This document shows, one piece after another, positions 19,966-29,871 of a stretch of DNA of 32,274 bases; position 1 is the stretch's first letter, and each line of letters starts with the position of its first letter. Made by a program: the position numbers and the translations under genes. The notes under the pieces were generated by a model, which was given only the letters and a program-made list of their open reading frames with translations, did not search any database and had not been told where the DNA came from. Source of the DNA: Trichomonas gallinae (lineage: Eukaryota); assembly GCA_008369845.1 (NCBI GenBank), contig MRSU01001175.1:1-32274 (forward strand), written 5' to 3'.

Positions 19966-20985
19966 ATGGCCGAACAACTTTTTCTTCACAGTGATGACAA
20001 TGTTTGGGACCGTTATATTGGGAATGATGTTGAATACAAGCTGTACAAAGATAATCAAAAAACAAAAATCAGTGAATCTGGAAATACCTTTGTTTTCCTT
20101 GCGACATTCATCGATCTTCATCCAGATGGTTCCATCAGAGTCTATGGCGGTTATATTTTGGTGTCGGAATCTTTCTTTTTTAGCTCATTTTCCACAGAAG
20201 GAGGTGGATCTATTTTTATAAATTCTGGCTCCTACATCGAATATCAAGTTTGCAGCATCAACTCTACGATTTCTGGAGATAGTGAAGGATGTCACTCATA
20301 TGTGAGTTCAATGGATCAGTATATTATTGACTGTTCTATTACTAAAAGCTCCGGATACTCAAGTTGTATGCTAATTCATAGTGATCGTGTGCTGGTTGAT
20401 TCCACAAATATTTCTTATGCAAACACCGTATGTGATGCTGCTTATAACTGTGCTGTATTTAATTACGACGTAACTTCTATGATTAATTTTACTTCAATCA
20501 TTAATAACACAGCTGATCATCAAAGTATCATGTATCATCGGAATTATTATCATAACGTTTATCGTTGCAATGTTATTAATAACATTCTCAAAGAAAAAGA
20601 TCCTGATTATAATGATAAATTTCATGGTCCTGGTATTGTTTATAGTGACGAATGTAATCTTCTTCAAATCAGTTTCTGTATTTTCTCATCAAATTCCGGT
20701 CTATGTTTGTTCGACCATTATGTTTATTATTATTATTTCGTCTTTAATGCTGATCAATGTTTCCTTGATAATCCTAATGTTGAATCAACAGCAGCATATA
20801 TATATGAACCTGTTTATATTAACACAACAAATCAACTTGTTCTCAATCTGCATCATCTTTTAACACAAATATGTGTTTCTGATTTAAATCATGTTAATAA
20901 TATTATTGATGAACAAGAAAACACAAATGATTCATATTTCATGGAATTCATGTTTTCGTTTTTCATATACCACAGTTATTCGTGA
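19966..20985 (+). CDS. Cys/Asn/Tyr-rich beta-helix-like (Pmp/pectin-lyase-like) protein, paralogue of 10109-11083; possible frameshifted leader from ATG 19937
   Basis: 339-aa ORF with a GGGSIF motif, repeated I.NN / F..N strands and a hydrophobic C-terminus. Aligns along its length with the 10.1-11.1 kb frame. Confidence 0.8.
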   Translation: MAEQLFLHSDDNVWDRYIGNDVEYKLYKDNQKTKISESGNTFVFLATFIDLHPDGSIRVYGGYILVSESFFFSSFSTEGGGSIFINSGSYIEYQVCSINSTISGDSEGCHSYVSSMDQYIIDCSITKSSGYSSCMLIHSDRVLVDSTNISYANTVCDAAYNCAVFNYDVTSMINFTSIINNTADHQSIMYHRNYYHNVYRCNVINNILKEKDPDYNDKFHGPGIVYSDECNLLQISFCIFSSNSGLCLFDHYVYYYYFVFNADQCFLDNPNVESTAAYIYEPVYINTTNQLVLNLHHLLTQICVSDLNHVNNIIDEQENTNDSYFMEFMFSFFIYHSYS

Positions 20986-21028
20986 ATAATATAAATATTT
21001 TATAGAGATATATTTATTTTAAAAAACA

Positions 21029-24000
21029 TTATTTTTGTTGAACATCTGAAACATATTTCATCAATATTCTGCTAGATTCACACCACTTGATTCCGTTACC
21101 GCAAAGCTTTGCCTCATCGACGCAAACAACTGCCCAGCCGTCATAAAAGCCACCGCTGTCGACGGTGATCGGATGAAGATCAAACATATCTGGTGTCATG
21201 TTACCGATCTTCGTCCCACGGAGAATGACGTTGACAATAGATGATACTGAAGAGTTGACCAGAGGCCTGTCTGTGAAAACGTTGCATTGTGTCACTGAGA
21301 TTGAAGCAGGGCCACTGCTTGAAACAGAAGCTGCGACGAATAATGATGAGCTTCCTGGAATGTCTTCTTTGATTTCGCCGCCTATGTTCGCTTCGATGTA
21401 AACGTTTGAAACATCAAGAGTACCCAGTCCATCAACAACACAACGTGATGGGTCGAAATGACCAGATACACGTGACCGACCACTCATAATGATGCATGAT
21501 TTCTTGCCATCGCCTGAGATGCGGAGTATCTGGAATGGGCACAGTTTGACCTTTGTGTTCCAATGTGCGCTGACACCACTGCTGATGTGGACACTGACTG
21601 TTGTGTTCGTCTTAAGTAAATCTCTGATCTTGATGCCAATGTCTTCGTGATCAATAGCTTCGATGCTCGCTGACTTCATATTTTGGCGACTTTCACTAAT
21701 ATCGGTTTCTGATGATGAATTCTGTGACCGTTTGACTGCATTACTCACTGACTTGTCACCGTAGTTGTTGTAAATATCTGTGACGTTGTCTCTGACAAGT
21801 GTTGTTATAGTATCTCTGAAGTTGTCGATGAATGAGACTGTCTCGTCAAACTTGATTCTAAGTGACTCGATTTCTTTGTTGTATCTGTGGATTGACTGAA
21901 GACTTCGGATATCATCCGTGTGAGACTCGATCTGTTTGTCGAATTTCGCTGAGAAATCTCTCAAATCTGACAAAACTTTCTCGATGCTGCTGAATCTGAG
22001 ATCGGACTTTTCTGTGTTAGAGGTGATGATTTCTTTGAGTGAGTCATTGTCACCTTTAGATTTGTTCATTGCTTCAGTTGCTGATGCTTGTGCTTTCAAG
22101 ACTTTCTCTGATAGTTCTTTCAAAATGTTCTCATTCTTAAGATCAGAGTCTTGTTGCATCTTCGCTGTGTTATCAGCAATCTTCCTGATATCGTTGATCG
22201 ATGGCTTGAACTTGTTCTCGATGTCTGAAGAAATGCTGTCGATCTTCTCATTGATTGTGTCATTGAACTTAGAAAGATATTTCTTCTGCTGGTTCTGCGA
22301 ATTAGACAGATCAGAAATTCGTTGATTGATGTCATCATTCTTCTTACTAATGTTGTCATTGCTTTCTTTGAAAGAGTTTTCGAGATATGAAACTGCGTCG
22401 TCGATGTTCTTCTGCAATAAATTGTCTTGATCAGAAAGCTTTTGCTGGATGTTGTCGATCTTGCTGTTCATGTTCAAACCCTGTTCTTGGATATCACTAG
22501 TGATGTCTTTCTGGAGCTGGTTGACTGCACTCTTTATGTCTCTTGTAGTCTGTTTGTGGTTTGCGATGATTTGCTCGATGTTCTTCTCGTTTGTAGAAAC
22601 TCGTCCTTCAAGCAATGAAAACTGATTTGAAAGACTTTCTTTGATCTCTGAGTGTTGGTTGTTCTGTGAATCTTTGACGCTATCTAGTTTTGAATTCAGT
22701 TGAGATATGTCATTCTCGAGATCCTTGATTTGATTGCTTGATGAATCTCTTAAGTTGTTCAGGCTGTTTATGATCTTATCAGAACGTTTACGTTCATCTT
22801 CCACGCTTTTATCGATTTTCGTTGTTAAATTGTTGTTGATTTGGTCGATTGATGATTTGAGTGATTCTTCTGTATTAGAAATATTTGATTTCGCATTAGC
22901 ATCAACACTGTTCACTAATATGCTCAAATCATTCAACTTTTGAGTAAATTCGGTTCGAATCTTGTCATCTTCACTTTGTGAAATTGATGCAAGTTCGTTG
23001 ATTTTAGCTTTTTGTTGTGAAAATGTATCTTTGATCTTTTGGTTGTTTTCGTTGACAAAATTAATCAAATCTTGGTTATCTTTCATTTGCTGCTTCTTGT
23101 TTGCGTTGATTGTGTCGATGAGAGATGTTTCTGTTTTAGAAATCAAATCGTGAATTTCTGTGTTCATTTGTGATGTTTTATCTTCACATGATTTGATGTG
23201 ATTGTCTAATTCGGTTTCCTTCTGCTTGGCCCTGTCGTTCTCGATATCGACCTTCTGTGAGACTTTAGAGAAATAGTCCTTGGTCTCGGCTGATGCATTG
23301 TTAGCGACTTTGTCGATCTTCTTGTTCAGTGACTCAACCATCTGCGAAAGAGAACTCAATGTAATTCCATTCTCGCCTGCAATACTTTTCAGGAAGACAT
23401 CAATGCTATCGATTCGTTTCTCCAATGTTTCATTGACTTCTTTCAATGACTTCTCTGCGTTGTTCTTGATGTTGTCGTCTGTTGTCATTAGCTGGTTGTA
23501 TTTGTCATTAAGGGACTCATTAAAAACATTTGATGCTGCAGCTACTCTCTTCTTGATGTAATCTTTCATCTCTTTGTAATCATTTGGCAACTGTTCTCGA
23601 ATTGCATCGACTTCTTCCTTAGTAGAGATGTTGTCGGAGTCACATTTGATAAGATGCTGGTTGATAAGTGTGAACTGGTCATTCAGATAAATAGATGTCT
23701 TGTTGTTCGCGTTCTGAACTGCTTGGACTTGGTTTTTGACGTCATCGCTCATCTTATTGATCGAGTCATCGACATAGCGCATCGTTGACGTGTTCTTTGA
23801 TTCAATGAAGACTGTCATTTCTTGAAGTTTAGACTCGTTGTTTTTCTCTGACTGTGAAATCTTGTCATCGATTTCATCAAACTTGGAGTCATAGTTTTTG
23901 ACCAATTTGCCAAATTTCTTATCAATGTGGCTGATACTTTCTCTGTTTTCGGAAACTGTTGTGTTGAATAATTCCTGCTGCTCTGATAATTTAAATTTAG

Positions 24001-27000
24001 TTGATTCGATGTCTTTAGAGAGTTGCATCAAATTAGTGTCTGATCCATTCCGTATTGAATCGATTTCTGACTGCAAATCTTGGCAGTATTTCGTTATCTT
24101 CTTAGTGAGATCTGCTTCTACTGTGTCTGCCTTCTTGTCGACATTTGATATGTTCAGATTTAATTTTTCAATGGCATCGACGATTTGAGGAATGTTTTGC
24201 TTAGATTTTCCTCTGAAATCAGAGAATGATTGTCTGATTTCATTATCGTTTGCATTCATTTCTTTTCTTATATCATTTGATAAATCTCTGACCTTAGAGA
24301 TTTGGTCTGTTAGTTCTATTTTGTCTGACTCTTGTTTAGCCATGATAGCATTTTCTTGCTGGCCTGTCTTATCAATGAAATCTGTTAAATTCTTTTGAAC
24401 GTTATTTATCCCTTCTGCTGCTTTAGTCTTGAGACTATCAATTCTCGATTTAGCCTTCTTCTCGACTTCATCGATTCTATTTATTATCTCGGGCAACGTT
24501 TTTGTTTCGTTACCAATCAAATTAGACAAATTACCAGAAATATTTGTGATTTGTTTCTGCTGCGATGAAATTTTTTCTTCTAAAGCTTTGGATAGATCTT
24601 GCCTGACTGTTAATATTTGATTGCTATTTTCTTCAGTGAGTTTGTTGAAATCTACTCTTAGTTGTGAATTGTTTACCAAGTATGCTTTGCTGTTTTCGTC
24701 TATTTTAGCAATAATCTCGCTCCTTAGTGATGAAACTGCCGAATCAAATTTAGTTCTATCATCTTTTTGAATGCTTGAAATTTCTTGAATGAGATTTACT
24801 AGCTTAGGAATATCAATTTGCGAGTCTCCCATCATTGAGTTGAATATTGACTCCAAGTGAGTTAATCTTTCATCTAGCTCTTGTCTTTTTGTTTCTATTA
24901 CATTCAACAAATTCTTCTGAGATTTTTCTAGTTTTTGATTTAATTCTGTAATTTTTTCTTCAAGATTTGTCTTCGTTGACTTAATTTCGTCATTCGTTGC
25001 AGAAAGATTTGATTTGAGTGCAGCTATTTGTTTGAGAATTTCTTTCTGGTCATTGATGACATCTTTAATTGAATTGTCTTCTTTGATTTCAAGATCTTTA
25101 ATCATTTGAACTAAGTCATCATGAATCTTTTGTTGGTTATTCAAACTGTTATTAATTTGCTTTTCTGATTCTTTCTTATTATTTTCTACAACCAAAACCA
25201 AGTCTTGGTTATTCTTCTGGGTCTGTTCTATTGAATTGTTGACTTCGTTAAACATTGTTTGTACACCCTGGAATTTTTCTCTTTGACGAGTAATAAACTG
25301 TTCAAACTTGGTTTGCATTTGTTCTAAACCTGATTTAGTTTTGTTCGTTAGTTCTAAAATTGCTGAATCTTCTGCCGTGTAAGCTTTAGTGATTTCGTCT
25401 TTCTGTGCCTCCATTGAGTCCTTCATTGACTGCACTTCTTTGTCGATTACTCCTTGTATTGTTGTCGCCGAAATCTTAATATCTGACTCGAGTTTGTCTT
25501 CGAGAGATTTCATTGCATCATTCACTTTATTCATATTTTCTGCGAATTGTGAGTCAATCTTTGATTTATCTGCTTCATATGCTGCCTGGAACTCTATGAA
25601 TTCTTTGTAAATAGATTTGATGCGTTTTGAAGCTTTGCTGAATTCACCATCTTTGAATTCGTCGAATTTTTGTTGAACGAGATTAATCTTTTCAATCAAA
25701 TCGTTGTTCATCTGGTTCTGTGAATTCGTTAAGGCCATCTGTACATCAGCAACAAGCTTTTCTAGTGCTTGGCGTCGTGTTTCAAGTTCATTTCTAACAT
25801 TTGAAAATTCAGTTTTTGTTTCTTGAACAAATGCATCATGTGTGCTCTTAGCTTGAGCAATATCATCAGACAAGCTCTTGAATTGAGCCTGTAGGTTCAC
25901 TTTGAACTGCTCGAACTGTTTATTGAAATCATCAATTCTTGTTGCAACTTTTTGATCAATGGAGTCAACTTTATGGTCAATGTGTGCTATCTGGCCGTCC
26001 ATGTTTGTAATTGACTCCTGGAATTGATCAACTTTGTCTGAAAGCAATTTAATTTGTTCAAGTTTTGTATTGATCTTATTGATGGATTTATCCTTAGCAG
26101 CAAGATTACGCTCAATCTCAGTCTTGTAATCAGCAAACTCTGAGTCCGTTTTAGCTTTATCTGCTTTAATTGAATTTATATCTTCATTGATTTTTGCAAT
26201 TTGGGAATTGATATCTGTAATGTCCTTCTGCTCATTTTCAGATAAAGACTTCTCTAAAGCTTCAATCTTCTCAGTCAAAGTCTTCATATTTTCGATAATC
26301 ATATTTTCCAGATCTTCATCGGCTTTTTCGAAGCCGCGGATGTACTGAGAATGTGTATCAAGTAGTTCATTGTGCTGTCCGAGAAGTTTAATAACTTTGT
26401 TATTTAATTTATCATCGATAGCTTTAATATCTGTTGCATTTTTGTCGATATCTTGTCTGTTCTTGTCGATATCAGTTCTTAAACCTTGTAAAGTTTCGTG
26501 ATTTTGATTTAAAACGGATTTGATATGCTCAATTGTTTGATTTATTGGCGCGGCAACGTCATCAGTGTATTTTGTTGACTTTTTTAAAGCCTTTACTGCC
26601 GTATCTTTCGCGTATTCTTGGATTTCAGATTTCGCTGTCGCGATTCTTTGATCAACAGTGCCAAGATTGTTCTGGATTTCTTCTATCTTGGCATTGATCT
26701 TACTTTCTACGTCTTGAAGATTCTTTTCGGTCTCTTCTTTGAGTTGCGAAATTTCAGCATAAATCTTTTGATGTTCAATATCTGCATTAGATTCTAGAGA
26801 ATCAAAACGAGAATTAAGTAATTCTATAGCTTCCTGTGATGATTTGATTGATTTATCGTGCTTTTCGATTGATTGATTTAAATCGAAGAAATCGGAGTCT
26901 AATTTCTTGACAGTATCAATGGTAGATCCCATATTCTTCATCAATTTCCTCAACGCTTTCATTTTGTCGTCCATATCGTTACCGAGGTTCAAAACGTCCG

Positions 27001-27100
27001 CAACTCTCTTTTCAAGGTCGTCTATGCGCTTCGAAACTTCCTCGTAGTGATCATTTTCAATACGATTTAATGCCTCGATACGACTCGAGGCATTATCCAT
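21029..27100 (-). CDS. Giant coiled-coil protein (~2020 aa; the 'viral A-type inclusion protein-like' annotation class) with a globular beta-rich C-terminal domain
   Basis: About 1800 aa of K/E/N/D/Q/I/L heptads, nearly free of Pro and Trp, followed by ~210 aa rich in V/S/G/C. The track start at 27109 is GTG; the first ATG is at 27100. Confidence 0.9.
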   Translation of the reverse strand: MDNASSRIEALNRIENDHYEEVSKRIDDLEKRVADVLNLGNDMDDKMKALRKLMKNMGSTIDTVKKLDSDFFDLNQSIEKHDKSIKSSQEAIELLNSRFDSLESNADIEHQKIYAEISQLKEETEKNLQDVESKINAKIEEIQNNLGTVDQRIATAKSEIQEYAKDTAVKALKKSTKYTDDVAAPINQTIEHIKSVLNQNHETLQGLRTDIDKNRQDIDKNATDIKAIDDKLNNKVIKLLGQHNELLDTHSQYIRGFEKADEDLENMIIENMKTLTEKIEALEKSLSENEQKDITDINSQIAKINEDINSIKADKAKTDSEFADYKTEIERNLAAKDKSINKINTKLEQIKLLSDKVDQFQESITNMDGQIAHIDHKVDSIDQKVATRIDDFNKQFEQFKVNLQAQFKSLSDDIAQAKSTHDAFVQETKTEFSNVRNELETRRQALEKLVADVQMALTNSQNQMNNDLIEKINLVQQKFDEFKDGEFSKASKRIKSIYKEFIEFQAAYEADKSKIDSQFAENMNKVNDAMKSLEDKLESDIKISATTIQGVIDKEVQSMKDSMEAQKDEITKAYTAEDSAILELTNKTKSGLEQMQTKFEQFITRQREKFQGVQTMFNEVNNSIEQTQKNNQDLVLVVENNKKESEKQINNSLNNQQKIHDDLVQMIKDLEIKEDNSIKDVINDQKEILKQIAALKSNLSATNDEIKSTKTNLEEKITELNQKLEKSQKNLLNVIETKRQELDERLTHLESIFNSMMGDSQIDIPKLVNLIQEISSIQKDDRTKFDSAVSSLRSEIIAKIDENSKAYLVNNSQLRVDFNKLTEENSNQILTVRQDLSKALEEKISSQQKQITNISGNLSNLIGNETKTLPEIINRIDEVEKKAKSRIDSLKTKAAEGINNVQKNLTDFIDKTGQQENAIMAKQESDKIELTDQISKVRDLSNDIRKEMNANDNEIRQSFSDFRGKSKQNIPQIVDAIEKLNLNISNVDKKADTVEADLTKKITKYCQDLQSEIDSIRNGSDTNLMQLSKDIESTKFKLSEQQELFNTTVSENRESISHIDKKFGKLVKNYDSKFDEIDDKISQSEKNNESKLQEMTVFIESKNTSTMRYVDDSINKMSDDVKNQVQAVQNANNKTSIYLNDQFTLINQHLIKCDSDNISTKEEVDAIREQLPNDYKEMKDYIKKRVAAASNVFNESLNDKYNQLMTTDDNIKNNAEKSLKEVNETLEKRIDSIDVFLKSIAGENGITLSSLSQMVESLNKKIDKVANNASAETKDYFSKVSQKVDIENDRAKQKETELDNHIKSCEDKTSQMNTEIHDLISKTETSLIDTINANKKQQMKDNQDLINFVNENNQKIKDTFSQQKAKINELASISQSEDDKIRTEFTQKLNDLSILVNSVDANAKSNISNTEESLKSSIDQINNNLTTKIDKSVEDERKRSDKIINSLNNLRDSSSNQIKDLENDISQLNSKLDSVKDSQNNQHSEIKESLSNQFSLLEGRVSTNEKNIEQIIANHKQTTRDIKSAVNQLQKDITSDIQEQGLNMNSKIDNIQQKLSDQDNLLQKNIDDAVSYLENSFKESNDNISKKNDDINQRISDLSNSQNQQKKYLSKFNDTINEKIDSISSDIENKFKPSINDIRKIADNTAKMQQDSDLKNENILKELSEKVLKAQASATEAMNKSKGDNDSLKEIITSNTEKSDLRFSSIEKVLSDLRDFSAKFDKQIESHTDDIRSLQSIHRYNKEIESLRIKFDETVSFIDNFRDTITTLVRDNVTDIYNNYGDKSVSNAVKRSQNSSSETDISESRQNMKSASIEAIDHEDIGIKIRDLLKTNTTVSVHISSGVSAHWNTKVKLCPFQILRISGDGKKSCIIMSGRSRVSGHFDPSRCVVDGLGTLDVSNVYIEANIGGEIKEDIPGSSSLFVAASVSSSGPASISVTQCNVFTDRPLVNSSVSSIVNVILRGTKIGNMTPDMFDLHPITVDSGGFYDGWAVVCVDEAKLCGNGIKWCESSRILMKYVSDVQQK

Positions 27101-27991
27101 GACTTTCACAAACTAAAAAAATTTCTAAAGTATTTCAATGAAAAAATTAATGCATGGTAGACAAAAAGCAAACGAAAGACAACAAAAAAGTTGCGTTGAC
27201 GGTTTTGTCACGTTTTGATTGTTGATCAACTTATTTGGAAACATTTCGGTTACATCCTCGGTCAGTGGCTGGCAAAAATAAGCAGGGGTTGTTTGCCAAG
27301 TAAACTAATTTATCTTCAATATCTATTTATTATATATTTAGCAATAATATTAGATGTATTTTTTAAATTTGTTATCAATAAAGGATTTGATTTCATGATT
27401 TTACTTGTCAAAATGACATCATTTGCCGCGTAAATAAGGTTAAAAACCATTCTGGAAAGAAATATTATAAGAATGAATCTTTGGACTGAAGGCATTGAAT
27501 ATAATTGATTAATACATCAATATCTCTCATAAATCAATAGATGTTGCCTTAATAAATGACATTATTTTTCAAATATTGATCGTGATATATGCAATTAAAT
27601 AGAAATTTCATTATCATTGTATCCAAACGGAGAATAATTAGGAAACATTCAATCTGAAACAAGCAATTTTTTAGAAATGACGATTTGTCATGTAAATATA
27701 AATTGGCAAATTTGCCCGAAAATTTGACAATGATATGAAATTTGTAATCAGACCTAAAGTTTTGATAATCTGAACCATTTCTAATTTATATGCCAGCAAA
27801 CATTGTGGCTAAATACTATAGATATTAGTGGACCTAGTATTAAAATTAGGATAAGATATTATTATACATTCTTGAGAAAAACTATGTTATTATAAATGGG
27901 AAACAAGTCAATAAAACCCTGTTTAAATTTTCAAGCCCCTATAATAATGAGAATAAAAACCAGACGATAGAAAAGTAAACGATTATTTTTG

Positions 27992-27996
27992 TCACT
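27992..27996 (+). promoter_or_regulatory. Inr element TCACT
   Basis: TTTTTGTCACTTTTCA; the TCACT ends 13 nt before ATG 28010. Confidence 0.6.
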
Positions 27997-28009
27997 TTTC
28001 ACCAAACAG

Positions 28010-29044
28010 ATGTCGCGTGGAAGAGCTGTCCAAAGGGATAATCCTTCATACAATGTCGTCACGACAGCTAAAGTCTATGCAGATGCCTGCGAAAAGAGAG
28101 GCGAAGACTGGTCCGAAATAGACAACTGGACTCTCCCAGCCGCTTCACCTGAACCATACGAAATTGCAGACTGGGTTGGCACAGGCAAATATAGTGACGT
28201 TTTCACTGCTTACAAGGGTGACGAAAAGGTTGCTATCAAAATTTTAAAGCCAGTGCGTCCACAAAAGTATAATAGAGAAGCGAAGATCTTATTAAACTTA
28301 AGAGATGGACCAAATATCGTTAAGCTCTATGACATTGTCCAAAATCCAAAGACCTTACAGTACAGCATGGTTTTCGAATATGTTAAGGAATCTGATTATA
28401 CAGATTTGTTCCCGAACATTACGGACATCGAAGCCAGGCTTTATCTTTACCAGCTTCTTCAAGCACTTGATTACTGCCACTCATGTGGAATTATGCACAG
28501 AGACGTCAAACCATTAAATATTCTTTTCGACCGTACCACACGCAAGCTCCGCCTCATTGATTGGGGCCTTGCCGAATTTTATCATCCAGAGCAGCGTTAC
28601 AATATACACGTCGCTTCCCGTCACTTCAAGCCTCCGGAATTACTCCTTGACTATCAATACTACGATTATTCGATAGACATGTGGAGCTTTGGAGTCACTA
28701 TGGCTGGTATGATATTCAAAAAGACGCCTTTCTTCCGCGGAAACGATGATCTCGATATGGTCAATAAGATCTGTTCCGTATTGGGCGGCGGCGTTCTCAA
28801 AGATTATTTAGAAAAGTACGGCATTCCTCTCCCAGAGTATCTCAATTCCTCAATTTATAGACTCAAGCCAAGAAAATGGCAATCCTTCGTTAACTTCGAT
28901 AATCAGTATTTAGCATGCCCAGAAGCCCTCGATCTGATCAACAAATGCGTCCAATTTGATCACGTCGATAGAATCACAGCTGCGGAAGCTTTAGCTCATC
29001 CATACTTTGATCCAGTTAGAGATATGAAGATCGATTCTAAATAA
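28010..29044 (+). CDS. CK2A: Casein kinase II catalytic (alpha) subunit, divergent CMGC kinase
   Basis: AKVYAD N-terminal segment, GTGKYSDVF, KILKPV, HRDVKP, the CK2-specific DWGLAEFYHP, VASR.FK.PELL, YDYSIDMWS.G and HPYFDPVR. The track start at 27989 is TTG; the ATG is at 28010. Confidence 0.96.
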   Translation: MSRGRAVQRDNPSYNVVTTAKVYADACEKRGEDWSEIDNWTLPAASPEPYEIADWVGTGKYSDVFTAYKGDEKVAIKILKPVRPQKYNREAKILLNLRDGPNIVKLYDIVQNPKTLQYSMVFEYVKESDYTDLFPNITDIEARLYLYQLLQALDYCHSCGIMHRDVKPLNILFDRTTRKLRLIDWGLAEFYHPEQRYNIHVASRHFKPPELLLDYQYYDYSIDMWSFGVTMAGMIFKKTPFFRGNDDLDMVNKICSVLGGGVLKDYLEKYGIPLPEYLNSSIYRLKPRKWQSFVNFDNQYLACPEALDLINKCVQFDHVDRITAAEALAHPYFDPVRDMKIDSK

Positions 29045-29871
29045 AAATTGTTTTCAATCCTTCTGTATGCAAATTCTTATACGCATTTCATTATTTATTA
29101 ACACATATTTTTTTTATTTTCAAATATTTGCCAATTTTAGAAATGAATAGTGTACTTTGCCAATTATAAATGTGCATTTAATACCATATAGATAAAAGCT
29201 TATCACAATGATTTGAAATCAAATTCAATATTGAACATTCATAAATGAATGCCTATCTCTATTTTCATAAAACCGAGATATATCACCATTACAATCCTTC
29301 AGTGTTAAAAAAATTCTGATTAATAAAAAAATTATCCGATAAAATATTATTATTAACACTCCAATCTTTCATAATAATTATGTGTATATTTCTTTATAAA
29401 TTAAAATGCATTATTTTAAAATGGATTTCAATGAGTGTTAGTCGCTAAAAATTCTTTTTTTGAAAAATTTAACGTTTTCTCTACCTTATAAATCAGGAAG
29501 CGAGTTCACAAAATGAATCAAAAAACTTCTGAGAATGAAAACAAAAATTAATGTTGATTTATCTATGTCTTTCTGATTGAATACTCTAATTTAATGCGAT
29601 TTTCCACAAAGAATATATTTCAAATTATTTCAATAATACATTGAATATGTGACACATATACTAATTCAAATAATAAAGTTAAGTTTATTTATATTTTTTG
29701 GTAAATCATTCACATTCATTTTATTTAAATATAACTAAAATTATTCATACTTAAACTGTTTGCTATTTTTCATATAGAATTCCATAAAACATTGGTAATA
29801 CAGCATATTGGTATTTAGAAAAGGTCCGAATCCATGAAATATAATATTTAATTTTCAAACAAACAAAACCT

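Noticed and set aside
19964..19991. Possible 28-nt intron GTATGG...TTCACAG joining ATG 19937 to the main ORF
   Set aside because: Splicing gives TTC|TGA, an immediate stop, and no CTAAC branch motif is present.
21198..25610. Many + strand ORFs antisense to the coiled-coil gene
   Set aside because: S/L/F/I-rich translations are the expected mirror of K/E/D/N-rich codons.
21029..27100. Viral origin suggested by the 'A-type inclusion protein' label
   Set aside because: That similarity is generic coiled-coil composition; no viral or Maverick genes (polB, integrase, capsid, packaging ATPase) are seen in the window.
27705..27716. GGCAAATTTGCC 12-bp palindrome upstream of CK2
   Set aside because: Expected occasionally by chance in 32 kb; no second copy seen.
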